This document shows, in pieces, positions 1 through 8,499 of a stretch of DNA of 59,357 bases. The notes beneath the pieces were generated by a model. The model was not told the DNA's origin, searched no databases, and saw nothing but the letters and a program-made list of their open reading frames with translations. Each line of letters begins with the position of its first letter. Position 1 is the first letter of the stretch. Location: the IMG/VR virus record IMGVR_UViG_3300032261_000006, positions 1-59,357 of that record; one strand, written 5' to 3'. A program made the position numbers and the translations under genes. Source of the DNA: a virus. Its lineage: Duplodnaviria > Caudoviricetes.

Positions 1-788
1 TTGGCCTTCCGGATCATATAGCCGGTGCCGGTCAAAGTGCTGAACGACAAACACCAGAAATCCTGCCGGGTAACGCCGCGTTGTGTTTCCACCGGCACGG
101 TCTCGGTATCCGTGGCGCACGGGTCGTCGTCCGTGCCGTAAACTGCACTGGCCACGTCCGAAGCCGTCTCCAATTCCATATACATCGGGTCCGGAAATTC
201 GTCGACCGGCTGATCGTCGCCAAAGTCTAGGAAGGCTCGCAATCTTTTGAAATCATCCCGGCTGGTTTGAATGGCGCTGGTCTGGTGGAGGCCGAGAGCG
301 AAATGGATCATAGCAAAGGTCGGCACCCACACGCCGCACCAGTTTTGCTCACCCAAATAGCGACCATGCACGGCCTCCAGGTCATAATCACCGGCTAGAG
401 ATAACGCCGCAGGCCCCATCGGCACGATCAATTTCGGCTTCATCTTGTTGAGCAGACCCGGCAAATGGTAGGCCGCACATTGCTGTAGTAATTGCCGGTC
501 GCGCTTGGCGTTATAGACCGGCAAGTAACATTTCAAGCAATTGTCCATGCCGACGCCGCCACGCTCCAAACCGGCTAGCGGCAAGTAATGCTTATTCAGT
601 TCATCGGACGCGCCGCCCACGAAGCACCGGCCCTTGGAATTCTCCTCCTTACCAGGACCTTCACCGAGAAACAGCACGCCAGCGCCACCTGGAATGTCAG
701 GCGGAATCGGCGGACAACCTGAGACACGCGGGCAAGTTGGGCACGGCGTCATGCCATATCGCGCCGACCTCTGCTCTGCGTATGTCAT
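1..788 (-). CDS. N-terminal part of a family-4 uracil-DNA glycosylase / 3'-5' exonuclease fusion (continues at 59357, not in ORF track)
   Basis: Manual translation from ATG 788: CPTC, LFLGEGPGKEE..G.CFVG, DNCLKC, QQC and IHF match the UDG4 motifs and Fe-S cysteines. Then ExoI-like ATDTET. The frame is open to base 1 and joins in frame to the 58712..59341 ORF. Confidence 0.85.
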   Translation of the reverse strand, partial: MTYAEQRSARYGMTPCPTCPRVSGCPPIPPDIPGGAGVLFLGEGPGKEENSKGRCFVGGASDELNKHYLPLAGLERGGVGMDNCLKCYLPVYNAKRDRQLLQQCAAYHLPGLLNKMKPKLIVPMGPAALSLAGDYDLEAVHGRYLGEQNWCGVWVPTFAMIHFALGLHQTSAIQTSRDDFKRLRAFLDFGDDQPVDEFPDPMYMELETASDVASAVYGTDDDPCATDTETVPVETQRGVTRQDFWCLSFSTLTGTGYMIRKA

Positions 789-883
789 TGCTTCTTTCTC
801 TCGCGATTCGCCACAGATTCAAAATACGCTAAACCAGCGAAAAATCCAGCCGCAAAACAGATGAGCGCCCCAAGTATCATCAT
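785..883 (-). CDS. 32-aa single-TM peptide (MMILGALICFAAGFFAGLAYFESVANRERKKQ)
   Basis: Fills the gap exactly, with ATGA overlaps to both neighbours; hydrophobic segment plus basic tail. Confidence 0.55.
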   Translation of the reverse strand: MMILGALICFAAGFFAGLAYFESVANRERKKQ

Positions 884-1092
884 TGACTCTTCTCCGCCGA
901 CAGGACCCTAGTTATCTCACATAGAAACATGGCACACCAGAGCACGGCTGCTGCGTCATCGTCATCGGCCAGCGGATCTGCACCCGTAACGATCTTGTCT
1001 CTCAATAAGAGCAGGTGCTTGATGCCATGGTCAATCCGGTCCATAATGGCCTCTGTGTCGTGGGCCACATCCTCTGTTTTCTCCGGTTTCAT
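880..1092 (-). CDS. hypothetical protein
   Basis: 3' part of ORF 880..1350 from MKPEK; operon orientation. Confidence 0.55.
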   Translation of the reverse strand: MKPEKTEDVAHDTEAIMDRIDHGIKHLLLLRDKIVTGADPLADDDDAAAVLWCAMFLCEITRVLSAEKSQ

Positions 1093-1265
1093 CGCATTCC
1101 ACGACGTGCCATCCGGCCTGCGGTCTACACCAAGTTGACACCGCGCCGCGAGCCGCTCTAGCGAATGTGTGGTGATATAGTGAAATGGTGGTACCCTGGA
1201 CGACGAAACTAAACCGGATGCGTGCGTCACATTTGGAACGCGCTTTGTAGTCTTAATCGGCGATG

Positions 1266-1526
1266 TCACAATACTTTGACTCCTTTTGCAATTGATGGTC
1301 TCTCCTCTGGATGCAGCAGGCCCAACACGTAACCGAGCATGAAAGCGCAACCCAAATACCCAGCGCTTTTGGATGCCGCTGCCTGCACCGACATTGGCCT
1401 ATCCGCCAATTCCTCCATCCAAGCAGACATCGATTGCAGGCCCATGCTCTTCAGGAATTCGAGATTCCTTGGGTGTTCACCCAGAACTTCATGAACCAAT
1501 GTCTTGTGCACGTCAGCAACAGTCAC
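1266..1526 (-). CDS. hypothetical protein
   Basis: ATGA-coupled to the ERCC4 gene. Confidence 0.6.
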   Translation of the reverse strand: MTVADVHKTLVHEVLGEHPRNLEFLKSMGLQSMSAWMEELADRPMSVQAAASKSAGYLGCAFMLGYVLGLLHPEERPSIAKGVKVL

Positions 1527-2293
1527 GGTTTAATTCCGTTCCACTCCTGCCAGATTTTCAGTGCTAAGGTCTTGCCAATTCCTGCCACTTTCAACCAGTC
1601 GCTAACTTCAGCATTGGCCATGTTGCGGCCTGTATGGAAATATCCAACCACAGCGGTGGCCTTCTCCCAGCCGATTTTGTAGCACTCCTTGGCCACACGC
1701 TGCTCGAATGTCGGCTTCATCATCTGCACAAATTTCGGCAATTCGGTCCAGAATCCAAGATGCGCCCGGTGCTTGTCGTACTCTTTATCGTTCCACCAGT
1801 GATACAGATTGAGGATGACTTTGGCCGTCTCATCAGCGGTGCTGGTACGCTTGACCGCGATGCCGCCGAATTCTGCCATCGTGGTCAAGTATTTGTCCAA
1901 CTCAGAGTACATGAAGCTTGAACTGTTGGTATTCAGCTTTAGCGGCACCCATTTGTTGCCAAAGTATTCTTCCAATACCCCGTCGATGGGATTTGGTCTG
2001 TAGATGCCCTCGACAATCAGGTACCGGCGCTGATAGAGGTCGCTCATGTTTGGCGCTTGATTGGCAGAGAAGCGGCCCGAATACCGTATCGACTCCATCA
2101 TGCCGCGCACGCGTTTATATTCGATGCCGACGAAGATGCGTTTGCCGTCCGGCCCATTGCCCTCAAAAGCGTAATCCGCTGACGGCAAATCCATATATTC
2201 GACCGGAAGCGGACCGGCACCATCAATGATAGCTTTGATCAACGTCGCTTCGCGCCTATTTACGTGTCGCTCGCGCTGATCAATCAGAATCAA
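1523..2293 (-). CDS. ERCC4/XPF-family structure-specific nuclease
   Basis: IDQRE, ADY, IEYKR, LIVEG motifs and a C-terminal HhH (VAGIGKTLA). TTG start estimated. Confidence 0.85.
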   Translation of the reverse strand: MILIDQRERHVNRREATLIKAIIDGAGPLPVEYMDLPSADYAFEGNGPDGKRIFVGIEYKRVRGMMESIRYSGRFSANQAPNMSDLYQRRYLIVEGIYRPNPIDGVLEEYFGNKWVPLKLNTNSSSFMYSELDKYLTTMAEFGGIAVKRTSTADETAKVILNLYHWWNDKEYDKHRAHLGFWTELPKFVQMMKPTFEQRVAKECYKIGWEKATAVVGYFHTGRNMANAEVSDWLKVAGIGKTLALKIWQEWNGIKP

Positions 2294-2498
2294 GGTGCAT
2301 CCTTTTGTCGTACATGAGCCGTTTCTGCACCAACCGGCACGATTCACAGAGTTCCGGATGGGTGGCCCTCTCGCAAACGTGCGGATAAATAGCGTTGACG
2401 CCGTTCCTTGGTCGTTCCGGCTGCAACACCCTGCTGCCGTCTTCGTTGAACCAGCGTTTCAAGAGCCTGTGTCTGATTACTTCCTTTACTTCTTTCAT
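2280..2498 (-). CDS. hypothetical protein
   Basis: Fills the gap between the ATPase and ERCC4 genes with overlapping ends. Confidence 0.45.
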   Translation of the reverse strand: MKEVKEVIRHRLLKRWFNEDGSRVLQPERPRNGVNAIYPHVCERATHPELCESCRLVQKRLMYDKRMHLDSD

Positions 2499-3292
2499 TC
2501 CCAATCCTTTGGTGAGTTCTCGAACACAGCCGCCGCAACCTCGGCGAAGTTGCAGAGGTCGCCCTCAAATGTCATCCCGGTAACGCTCGGATTCTGTCTG
2601 CAATTCAGGATCCGGACGCCGAAAGTGTTGTCACCTGGGATGAAATAATGCTCCAGGTTGGATTGGATGAGATAAGCGGATTCGCCAAATCCCATGCGAT
2701 CATAAAGGCCTTCCCACGTATCGACGTCACGGCCTTGACTATCCTTCCTCCTGGAATAGACGCGCTTCATGCCGTGAACCAGCACGAGACTTTTGTCCGT
2801 ATCGTATGCCTTGCGGATGAAGCTTTTGTAAAGCTGATTCAGTGATAGATAAGCCTTCTTGATGTCGGCAGCTGGATTGAGTTGCCCGAATTCAGCGAGC
2901 CGCATCAATTCCCACATCTGGTCTGCGCGGTCAAATACTATAGTGCGCACATCTTTGTGGTCGAGCGCTCTAAAGTAAGCATCGCGCACGTTGTCGTAAT
3001 GTTTCTTGTAGCCGCGTTGGTCGGTGCTCCCGTCAAGCGGTGGAATGTTGTAATTAAAACCCCACAACTTGCGGCCTATACGGACGAATTTCTCGATCAC
3101 GCCTTCCAAGCCGATGTCCAAATTGATGTAGGCCACCGGGTCTGGTGCGTTGCGTAACCAGAAGTCCGATTTGCCGGTGCGATCCATACCCTGCGTGCCG
3201 AATAACGCCCGCTGCGGAATGTCGGCTGACGGCAATGTAAATCCAGCCGGTAATGGTGGCACCGGCTGGAATGCGTGTTTCACGAATGCCAT
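2495..3292 (-). CDS. AAA_24/Sak4-like P-loop ATPase (probable recombinase)
   Basis: Walker A GMDRTGKS, Walker B TIVFD, LVLVHG; adjacent to a PD-(D/E)xK nuclease. Confidence 0.7.
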   Translation of the reverse strand: MAFVKHAFQPVPPLPAGFTLPSADIPQRALFGTQGMDRTGKSDFWLRNAPDPVAYINLDIGLEGVIEKFVRIGRKLWGFNYNIPPLDGSTDQRGYKKHYDNVRDAYFRALDHKDVRTIVFDRADQMWELMRLAEFGQLNPAADIKKAYLSLNQLYKSFIRKAYDTDKSLVLVHGMKRVYSRRKDSQGRDVDTWEGLYDRMGFGESAYLIQSNLEHYFIPGDNTFGVRILNCRQNPSVTGMTFEGDLCNFAEVAAAVFENSPKDWE

Positions 3293-3880
3293 CTATTTGG
3301 TCTCCTTTTTTCTAAGCACGACCGGTGCATGTCCTGTAACCATCCGCCAATTTTCTACCAATTCTCGCTGCGAAAATTCCAGACGGTAAAGCCGATATCG
3401 GGCACCGGTCTGCTTATAGTCACCGTTCACCCAGAAAATGTGATACTGCGCCAACCTTGTGCCGTAAGCGTAGCAGTAACTCATCGTTTGCGTAAGCCAC
3501 AGCCATTCGGCCTCTAAATCCTGCTCGCGCCGCATGCTCTTCCAGGTGAGTTTGAATTCGTGCACCACCGGCTCGCCCACCAGATCCACGAAGCTGAGGC
3601 CGTCCGGTGTGAGGTAAATGCCGTCCTTTTTGACTTCACCTGGGCGATAAAGCATGTCAACATGTCTCGGCGCGATCCAAGCTTCCCAGGCGATGCCCAT
3701 GGCCACCCGCGCTTCACTGCCTTCGCTATCGGCTGGCTCGGCGCTTTCCTCTTTTAAAATGTTGGTAACTAGAGCGATGTCCCGCGTGATCTCGGTCAAA
3801 TGCAAACCCGGCGTACGCGCATCGTCGCTAGGACTGCCATACAGAGGAATCCGATACGGTATCGGTGTGATTTTCGGCAT
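3293..3880 (-). CDS. PD-(D/E)xK (Cas4-like) exonuclease
   Basis: G.AWE, TPDG, HEFKLT and QTMSY (QxxxY) motifs. Confidence 0.75.
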   Translation of the reverse strand: MPKITPIPYRIPLYGSPSDDARTPGLHLTEITRDIALVTNILKEESAEPADSEGSEARVAMGIAWEAWIAPRHVDMLYRPGEVKKDGIYLTPDGLSFVDLVGEPVVHEFKLTWKSMRREQDLEAEWLWLTQTMSYCYAYGTRLAQYHIFWVNGDYKQTGARYRLYRLEFSQRELVENWRMVTGHAPVVLRKKETK

Positions 3881-3895
3881 GGCTGTCCTTTACGG

Positions 3896-4057
3896 TCATG
3901 ACTCTTCGCTGATTTTGACGGCGAAAATTTTCAGACCAGGGTTTTGGTCGCGCAAATGTTGAGCATCACCCAACGATTCCACGGCGACACCCACTGTATC
4001 CAGAATCGACTCTTTGACTACTTGTTCATCATTGGATACGACGTACACTGTCGTCAT
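3896..4057 (-). CDS. small hypothetical protein
   Basis: GGAAGGGG RBS before MTTVYV. Confidence 0.5.
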   Translation of the reverse strand: MTTVYVVSNDEQVVKESILDTVGVAVESLGDAQHLRDQNPGLKIFAVKISEES

Positions 4058-4164
4058 ATGAGCCCCTTCCTTAAAACTGGATTGAGGCCCAAGGTCCGCT
4101 CGAACCATTAAAAGCTGGGCCTCAACCCAAGACCGCCCCTAGGCTGAGAAGGCGGCCAATTCGA

Positions 4165-5094
4165 TCAACCGACCTTTATGATTTCATCGCCGCTTATGAC
4201 GTAGCCGTCACGGATACCCATCAAGATCGGTTCAAGTACGTTGTTGTCCTGAAATGCCTTCAACGCCGAATCCCGGACGCCAGCCACCAGACCAGCCGCA
4301 TTCATTGCTTTGAAGACTTCGACGCGACATTTGCTGCGGTTCACTGCCTCGTCGCCCAATACAGTAACGAGGAAGGATTGCAGTATCTCTGAAATGTCGC
4401 CGCTCTGCGTATCCACGGTAGCGCCGTTGACTGGCCTAGCCGGTGCCGCTGCTGCTGCCGCTGCTGCCGGTTTGGCTGCAGCTTTAGCCGGTGCCACTGT
4501 TCCTATTTTCTGCCACGGCAGCCGGTGGATGATTCTCGGCACGGCCAATGTCTTTGGGAAATCGGATGGTTGCGCGTTGACCGTCTGTATCAGATTGGAT
4601 CTGCTGTTGGGAATGTTGCGTTCAGGCTGATTGATGATATGCAGCGCCACGTCCATATTGTCCAGCACCGAGAAGTCGTTTTGCAGTTTGTCCTCAGGGA
4701 ATCCGGCGTTCACGAGGTTGGACAGGTAAAGCCAGATGTTGCTGGATTCGGAAAGCTGAACTGAGCCGGTTAACGACACCAATTGCTTGCCGTCATCGCT
4801 CGGGCCGTATTTGGACGCGTCGCCGAGAGTGTAATACTGATAAAGCACGTCATCGGAGACCGGTTTGCCGCTGCTGAGCCCGACGAACGCTATACGGAGA
4901 AACGGTATCAATTGATTCGCCTTGCCCTCATAATCCCAGAGTACGATGCGATGCTCCAGGCCCCGGTAATCGCCTGCCGGTAAGACGAACCCGCCGCCTT
5001 TCACAAAGTTGCTGAGATTAAAGTTAATCGCTTTGCCCACGTCTGTAGTGGCTGGTTGGGTCGCAGCCGCCGCTGTTCTGTTCGTTGCCGCCAT
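4165..5094 (-). CDS. hypothetical replication-module protein (possibly ssDNA-binding)
   Basis: Strong RBS (AGAAGGA), LPAGDY start of a beta-rich domain, Ala/Lys/Pro linker. Function is inferred from position only. Confidence 0.45.
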   Translation of the reverse strand: MAATNRTAAAATQPATTDVGKAINFNLSNFVKGGGFVLPAGDYRGLEHRIVLWDYEGKANQLIPFLRIAFVGLSSGKPVSDDVLYQYYTLGDASKYGPSDDGKQLVSLTGSVQLSESSNIWLYLSNLVNAGFPEDKLQNDFSVLDNMDVALHIINQPERNIPNSRSNLIQTVNAQPSDFPKTLAVPRIIHRLPWQKIGTVAPAKAAAKPAAAAAAAAPARPVNGATVDTQSGDISEILQSFLVTVLGDEAVNRSKCRVEVFKAMNAAGLVAGVRDSALKAFQDNNVLEPILMGIRDGYVISGDEIIKVG

Positions 5095-5171
5095 TTCTAT
5101 CCTTCTTTCTGGCCGCGCTCTAAGCGGCCCCTGTAACTATCGTATCAGACCGTTGTCTCGTAGTCAATGCC

Positions 5172-6761
5172 TTATTCAAATAGTGGCCTCGGTACCGCAT
5201 TCACAGGCTGATACCGCGCCAGAAACGTCTTGGACAGCAAGTACTTGTATTTCGGAATCGCCCACTCGGCTTGATCATCGACTATGAAATCTTCGCACCA
5301 ATCGTCATCGGCTCGGTCGCCGCGACCGGCCTGCTGTTCTAATTTCTGCGTCATCAGATAAGGACCGTATTCTCTGTCGGCCTCCTGCCGAGCCTTCATG
5401 ACTTTGCTCCTGCCGTCAGGGAATGGCATCTTAGCGTGAATTTGCCACCGGCATTCGTCGTACGGAAAGTCGTAGCCAGTCCCGACAGCCGGTGAGATCA
5501 GTGCGACTGGCGGTATCGTTGCGCCCATCGCCTTGTAACGCTCCACAACCTTAGCCACCGGTTCCTTCCTATTTTTAGCCGACACAATGTCCATGCGGTT
5601 CAAACTCTGGATGATTTCTTCAGCCCGTTCATAGCTGTGCGTATGAATAATGCCATTGCGATTCAGCATCATTCTCGTCATGCTGATTTGATCGATGCGC
5701 AGCAGCCACTGGCTATGATCCTTCTGATGATGAACCATGCGTTGTGTCGGAACCCAATAAATCGGCGCAAGCTGCGGATCGAATACCGGTGGGTGATCCA
5801 CGAATTTGAAATCGCGGCCAGCCACGCCGAGAATGAACATGGTCTTGGGCCGGATGCCAGCGGAGACCAGAACCACTTTGGGAATCTTAAGGAACAGATA
5901 TGACTCCGAGTACCGTCCGACGCGGATCGGATCAAATTGATAGCCCTCGTCGGTCACGTCCCAGACCCAATCCTCAGCTTTAATCAGCGCCAGCATACCC
6001 AATTTTCTTGCCAAATTCTTTAAATGCTGATAGGTCCGCACCCAGGACGGTTTAGGGTCGCGGCTGCTCTGGATGTGCGCCCAGGCTTCCATCATCACAT
6101 TTACCGCAATTGGCCGGACCTCTGCGGCCCATTTCTTCCACACATGATTGGTCAGATCCTTTTCAGGCGGAAATCGTAGCTCGAGCATTTCCTCGATTTC
6201 GTGCACCGAAAGCCTGATTTGAAGGGCGTTGCCCAGCCAATCCGGTGCCGCGTGCGCTTCGTCGAACACGACCATGTTGAACGGGCCAAGACCGTTGCCG
6301 TATTTGTGCTGCATGATCCAAGCTGAGTAGTTGGTCAGGACCAGCCGCGCCGCTCGGGCCGCATTGTAGGCTCTGGTGTATGGGCACTGTGGCGTTCCCT
6401 TTTTTGGACATTTGCCCTGGTGGCCGTCCTCGCAAGTGTAGTCCGGTTTGTAGTCGCACGGATAGGCGGCTTTCCCTCTGATGTCCTTCATGCCGATCGA
6501 CTGGAATTCAGACTGAATCTGGTTCTGCAGGCCCTTGGTTGCCGTAACAAACGCGATGCGGCCCCCGTTTGGATGCAGGATCTGCGCCAATTCTACATAG
6601 AATCCGGTCTTGCCACTCCCGGTGGGCATGTTCTGAGGGTTGAACCGAAGGTCCGATTGAAGGGCCTCCTCCAGTGCATAGGTCTGCGACGGACGCCGCG
6701 TGTGGAATTTACCGGGCAGGCCGGATTCGACCGGCGAGCCCGGTATGGGATACGCCGTCAT
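5172..6761 (-). CDS. DinG/XPD-like SF2 helicase
   Basis: MPTGSGKT, Cys cluster (Fe-S), TNYS, DEAH, SA motif, GYDF, QQAGRGDR. Confidence 0.9.
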   Translation of the reverse strand: MTAYPIPGSPVESGLPGKFHTRRPSQTYALEEALQSDLRFNPQNMPTGSGKTGFYVELAQILHPNGGRIAFVTATKGLQNQIQSEFQSIGMKDIRGKAAYPCDYKPDYTCEDGHQGKCPKKGTPQCPYTRAYNAARAARLVLTNYSAWIMQHKYGNGLGPFNMVVFDEAHAAPDWLGNALQIRLSVHEIEEMLELRFPPEKDLTNHVWKKWAAEVRPIAVNVMMEAWAHIQSSRDPKPSWVRTYQHLKNLARKLGMLALIKAEDWVWDVTDEGYQFDPIRVGRYSESYLFLKIPKVVLVSAGIRPKTMFILGVAGRDFKFVDHPPVFDPQLAPIYWVPTQRMVHHQKDHSQWLLRIDQISMTRMMLNRNGIIHTHSYERAEEIIQSLNRMDIVSAKNRKEPVAKVVERYKAMGATIPPVALISPAVGTGYDFPYDECRWQIHAKMPFPDGRSKVMKARQEADREYGPYLMTQKLEQQAGRGDRADDDWCEDFIVDDQAEWAIPKYKYLLSKTFLARYQPVNAVPRPLFE

Positions 6762-7075
6762 ACTTCCTGATTCATCACCGACAATCCGACACCGGCAGCC
6801 ATGGCCTTGGGCGGATTACTCAGTTCCAATTTTTTGATTTGGGTTTCCAGAAAGACCATGGCCCGCTGCAAGTCTTTTATTTGTTCCGTCGCATCCGTGA
6901 CCTGTTGGCGCAGATGTTGGATGCACGGCCCGTGGTGTATATCAAAATGCTTGATGCGTGTCCATTCTTTGATGATTCTGTGGTCATGGCCTTTGGTTTC
7001 GCTGTAGACGTCGGTTAACTCTGCGCCGCAGATGTCACACGCGCCCGCTATTCGCGTCGTTCCTACTTCAGGCAT
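6758..7075 (-). CDS. hypothetical CxxC/coiled-coil protein
   Basis: First gene of the leftward operon; AAAGG RBS; ATGA overlap with the helicase. Confidence 0.6.
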   Translation of the reverse strand: MPEVGTTRIAGACDICGAELTDVYSETKGHDHRIIKEWTRIKHFDIHHGPCIQHLRQQVTDATEQIKDLQRAMVFLETQIKKLELSNPPKAMAAGVGLSVMNQEV

Positions 7076-7164
7076 CCTTTCGCCTCTTTCTGTTGGGGGA
7101 GGTGTTCCTGCAACCGGAGACCTGATGGGGAGGTCGCGGCCCGGCGCTCCTCATCCCACCGGCT

Positions 7165-7194
7165 ATTAGATCAGATCGCTTGTCCCAGAGTCAA
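7165..7194 (-). promoter_or_regulatory. promoter of the replication operon (TTGACT-18-TCTAAT)
   Basis: Closely similar context to 48942..48970 (ctattgactc..gacaa..tg.tctaat.gccg). Confidence 0.65.
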
Positions 7195-7302
7195 TAGGTG
7201 CCGCCACTAGGTCCGCGCCCAGGTATCCGGCCCTGGTGCGCAGGATAATTAAGTTTGGGCATATAAGCGAGAGGCCCGTCCGACGCGGGTCAGATACCCT
7301 AC

Positions 7303-7331
7303 TTGACAACGACAACGCCCACTGCTATCCT
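7303..7331 (+). promoter_or_regulatory. sigma70 promoter TTGACA-17-TGcTATCCT
   Basis: Perfect -35, 17-bp spacer, extended -10; upstream of ORF 7370. Confidence 0.75.
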
Positions 7332-7369
7332 AGGGGAGGCGGGGCTGCGGGGAAGGCGGGTGCAAAACG

Positions 7370-7747
7370 ATGGCAAACAGCAAACGACAACGCGAACTCA
7401 TTAAAAGCATTGGCTGGCAAAAGCTTGTGCGCGGCTCCACGAGGAAACAAAAGCAACGCAAGCGAGCCACCTTCGATGATTTCACGGACGTTGCAGGCCC
7501 GCCAACAATTCTGGATCGTGGAATTGTTGAAGTTATACGCCATGAGGGCCAACTGGCCGATGAAGCTATTCGCCGCATCGACGTTTGGTACCCGGAAGCC
7601 GGTGATCCGGTGATTGTCAAACGTCCTGATGGGCAACGGCGAACCGGCGTTTTGGTCAGGCGCATGGGCCGCTATTGCTGGGTCAGAGATTTCAAGAGCA
7701 GAAAGGTCATCACTACCGACATTGCGTCTGTGAGGCTCAATCGGTGA
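7370..7747 (+). CDS. hypothetical protein (SH3/KOW-like C-terminus possible)
   Basis: First ORF after the 7303 promoter. Confidence 0.6.
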   Translation: MANSKRQRELIKSIGWQKLVRGSTRKQKQRKRATFDDFTDVAGPPTILDRGIVEVIRHEGQLADEAIRRIDVWYPEAGDPVIVKRPDGQRRTGVLVRRMGRYCWVRDFKSRKVITTDIASVRLNR

Positions 7748-7935
7748 TGATCATTTATGTTCTAATCATCACCACCACAATCACGACCGCGCTTTACGTC
7801 ATCATCCGCTCTGTAGCAGAAAGCAACATGAACTTGCACGCCAAAATGGTCATCACGGCGTCTGTCGTTGCGATTCTGACCGCGTTCATGGCCCTGGTTT
7901 ACGTGATCTGGCGTGCAGCCGTTGGCGCTAATTGA
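7747..7935 (+). CDS. small two-TM membrane protein
   Basis: Two hydrophobic helices; coupled to the upstream stop. Confidence 0.55.
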   Translation: MIIYVLIITTTITTALYVIIRSVAESNMNLHAKMVITASVVAILTAFMALVYVIWRAAVGAN

Positions 7936-7967
7936 CCGGACCCGGCTGGCCGTGCTCCAATTGAAGT

Positions 7968-8222
7968 ATGGCCACATCACCGACAGTGACGCCGACGTCC
8001 GACGCCAGCCTGCGGGAAATGTCGCGTGGCACCGGAGTCTCGGTGTCTCATTTAAGCCGGATTTTCCGTGGAGAGCGGACGCCGAGTGTGTCCGTTTTGA
8101 TCAGGATGACGGGTTATTTGGGAGTGCCGATGGAGGAATTAGCAGTTACCTTCGCCCTAACACGAAGCCAGAACCGGGCTGACCGTAAGAAGCATAAACG
8201 GAAAGCCCGGTCCCGGCTCTAG
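7968..8222 (+). CDS. XRE/Cro-like HTH regulator
   Basis: SLREMSRGTGVSVSHLSRIFRGERTPSVSVLIRMTGYLGV is a typical HTH_3 pattern. Confidence 0.85.
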   Translation: MATSPTVTPTSDASLREMSRGTGVSVSHLSRIFRGERTPSVSVLIRMTGYLGVPMEELAVTFALTRSQNRADRKKHKRKARSRL

Positions 8223-8238
8223 TTGTTTAAATCAGCGG

Positions 8239-8469
8239 TTACCACGGACATGGGTTACAGTCCGGTAGCGGGCCGCCATCTTTCAAGCGAAACGGCTCAT
8301 CCGGTCCAGGCGGCATTGTCGGGCCGTGTGTCACCCAAACCGGCTCATCTGGTCCAGGCGGCATGGTTGGGCCGTGTCCGATGTATGGATCACGGTATGC
8401 GTTCAATTTTTGAGCGGCTGTAACGCTGATCAAACAGACGCCCATTGCGATTATCAATTTTCTCCGCAT
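8239..8469 (-). CDS. secreted peptide precursor with tandem HGPTMPPGPDEP cores
   Basis: AAAGGAG RBS, signal-peptide-like N-terminus, two identical 12-aa repeats that differ only at synonymous sites. Confidence 0.75.
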   Translation of the reverse strand: MRRKLIIAMGVCLISVTAAQKLNAYRDPYIGHGPTMPPGPDEPVWVTHGPTMPPGPDEPFRLKDGGPLPDCNPCPW

Positions 8470-8499
8470 TGATCTCCTTTCGCTTCAAAGATGAAGCCT

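Noticed and set aside
3293-6761. Cas4-like nuclease plus DinG as a type IV CRISPR system
   Set aside because: No repeat-spacer array, Cas7/Cas5/Cas6 or Cas1 seen; the context is phage recombination.
7968-8222. XRE gene as evidence of lysogeny
   Set aside because: No integrase, ParA/ParB or CI-type peptidase domain recognised.
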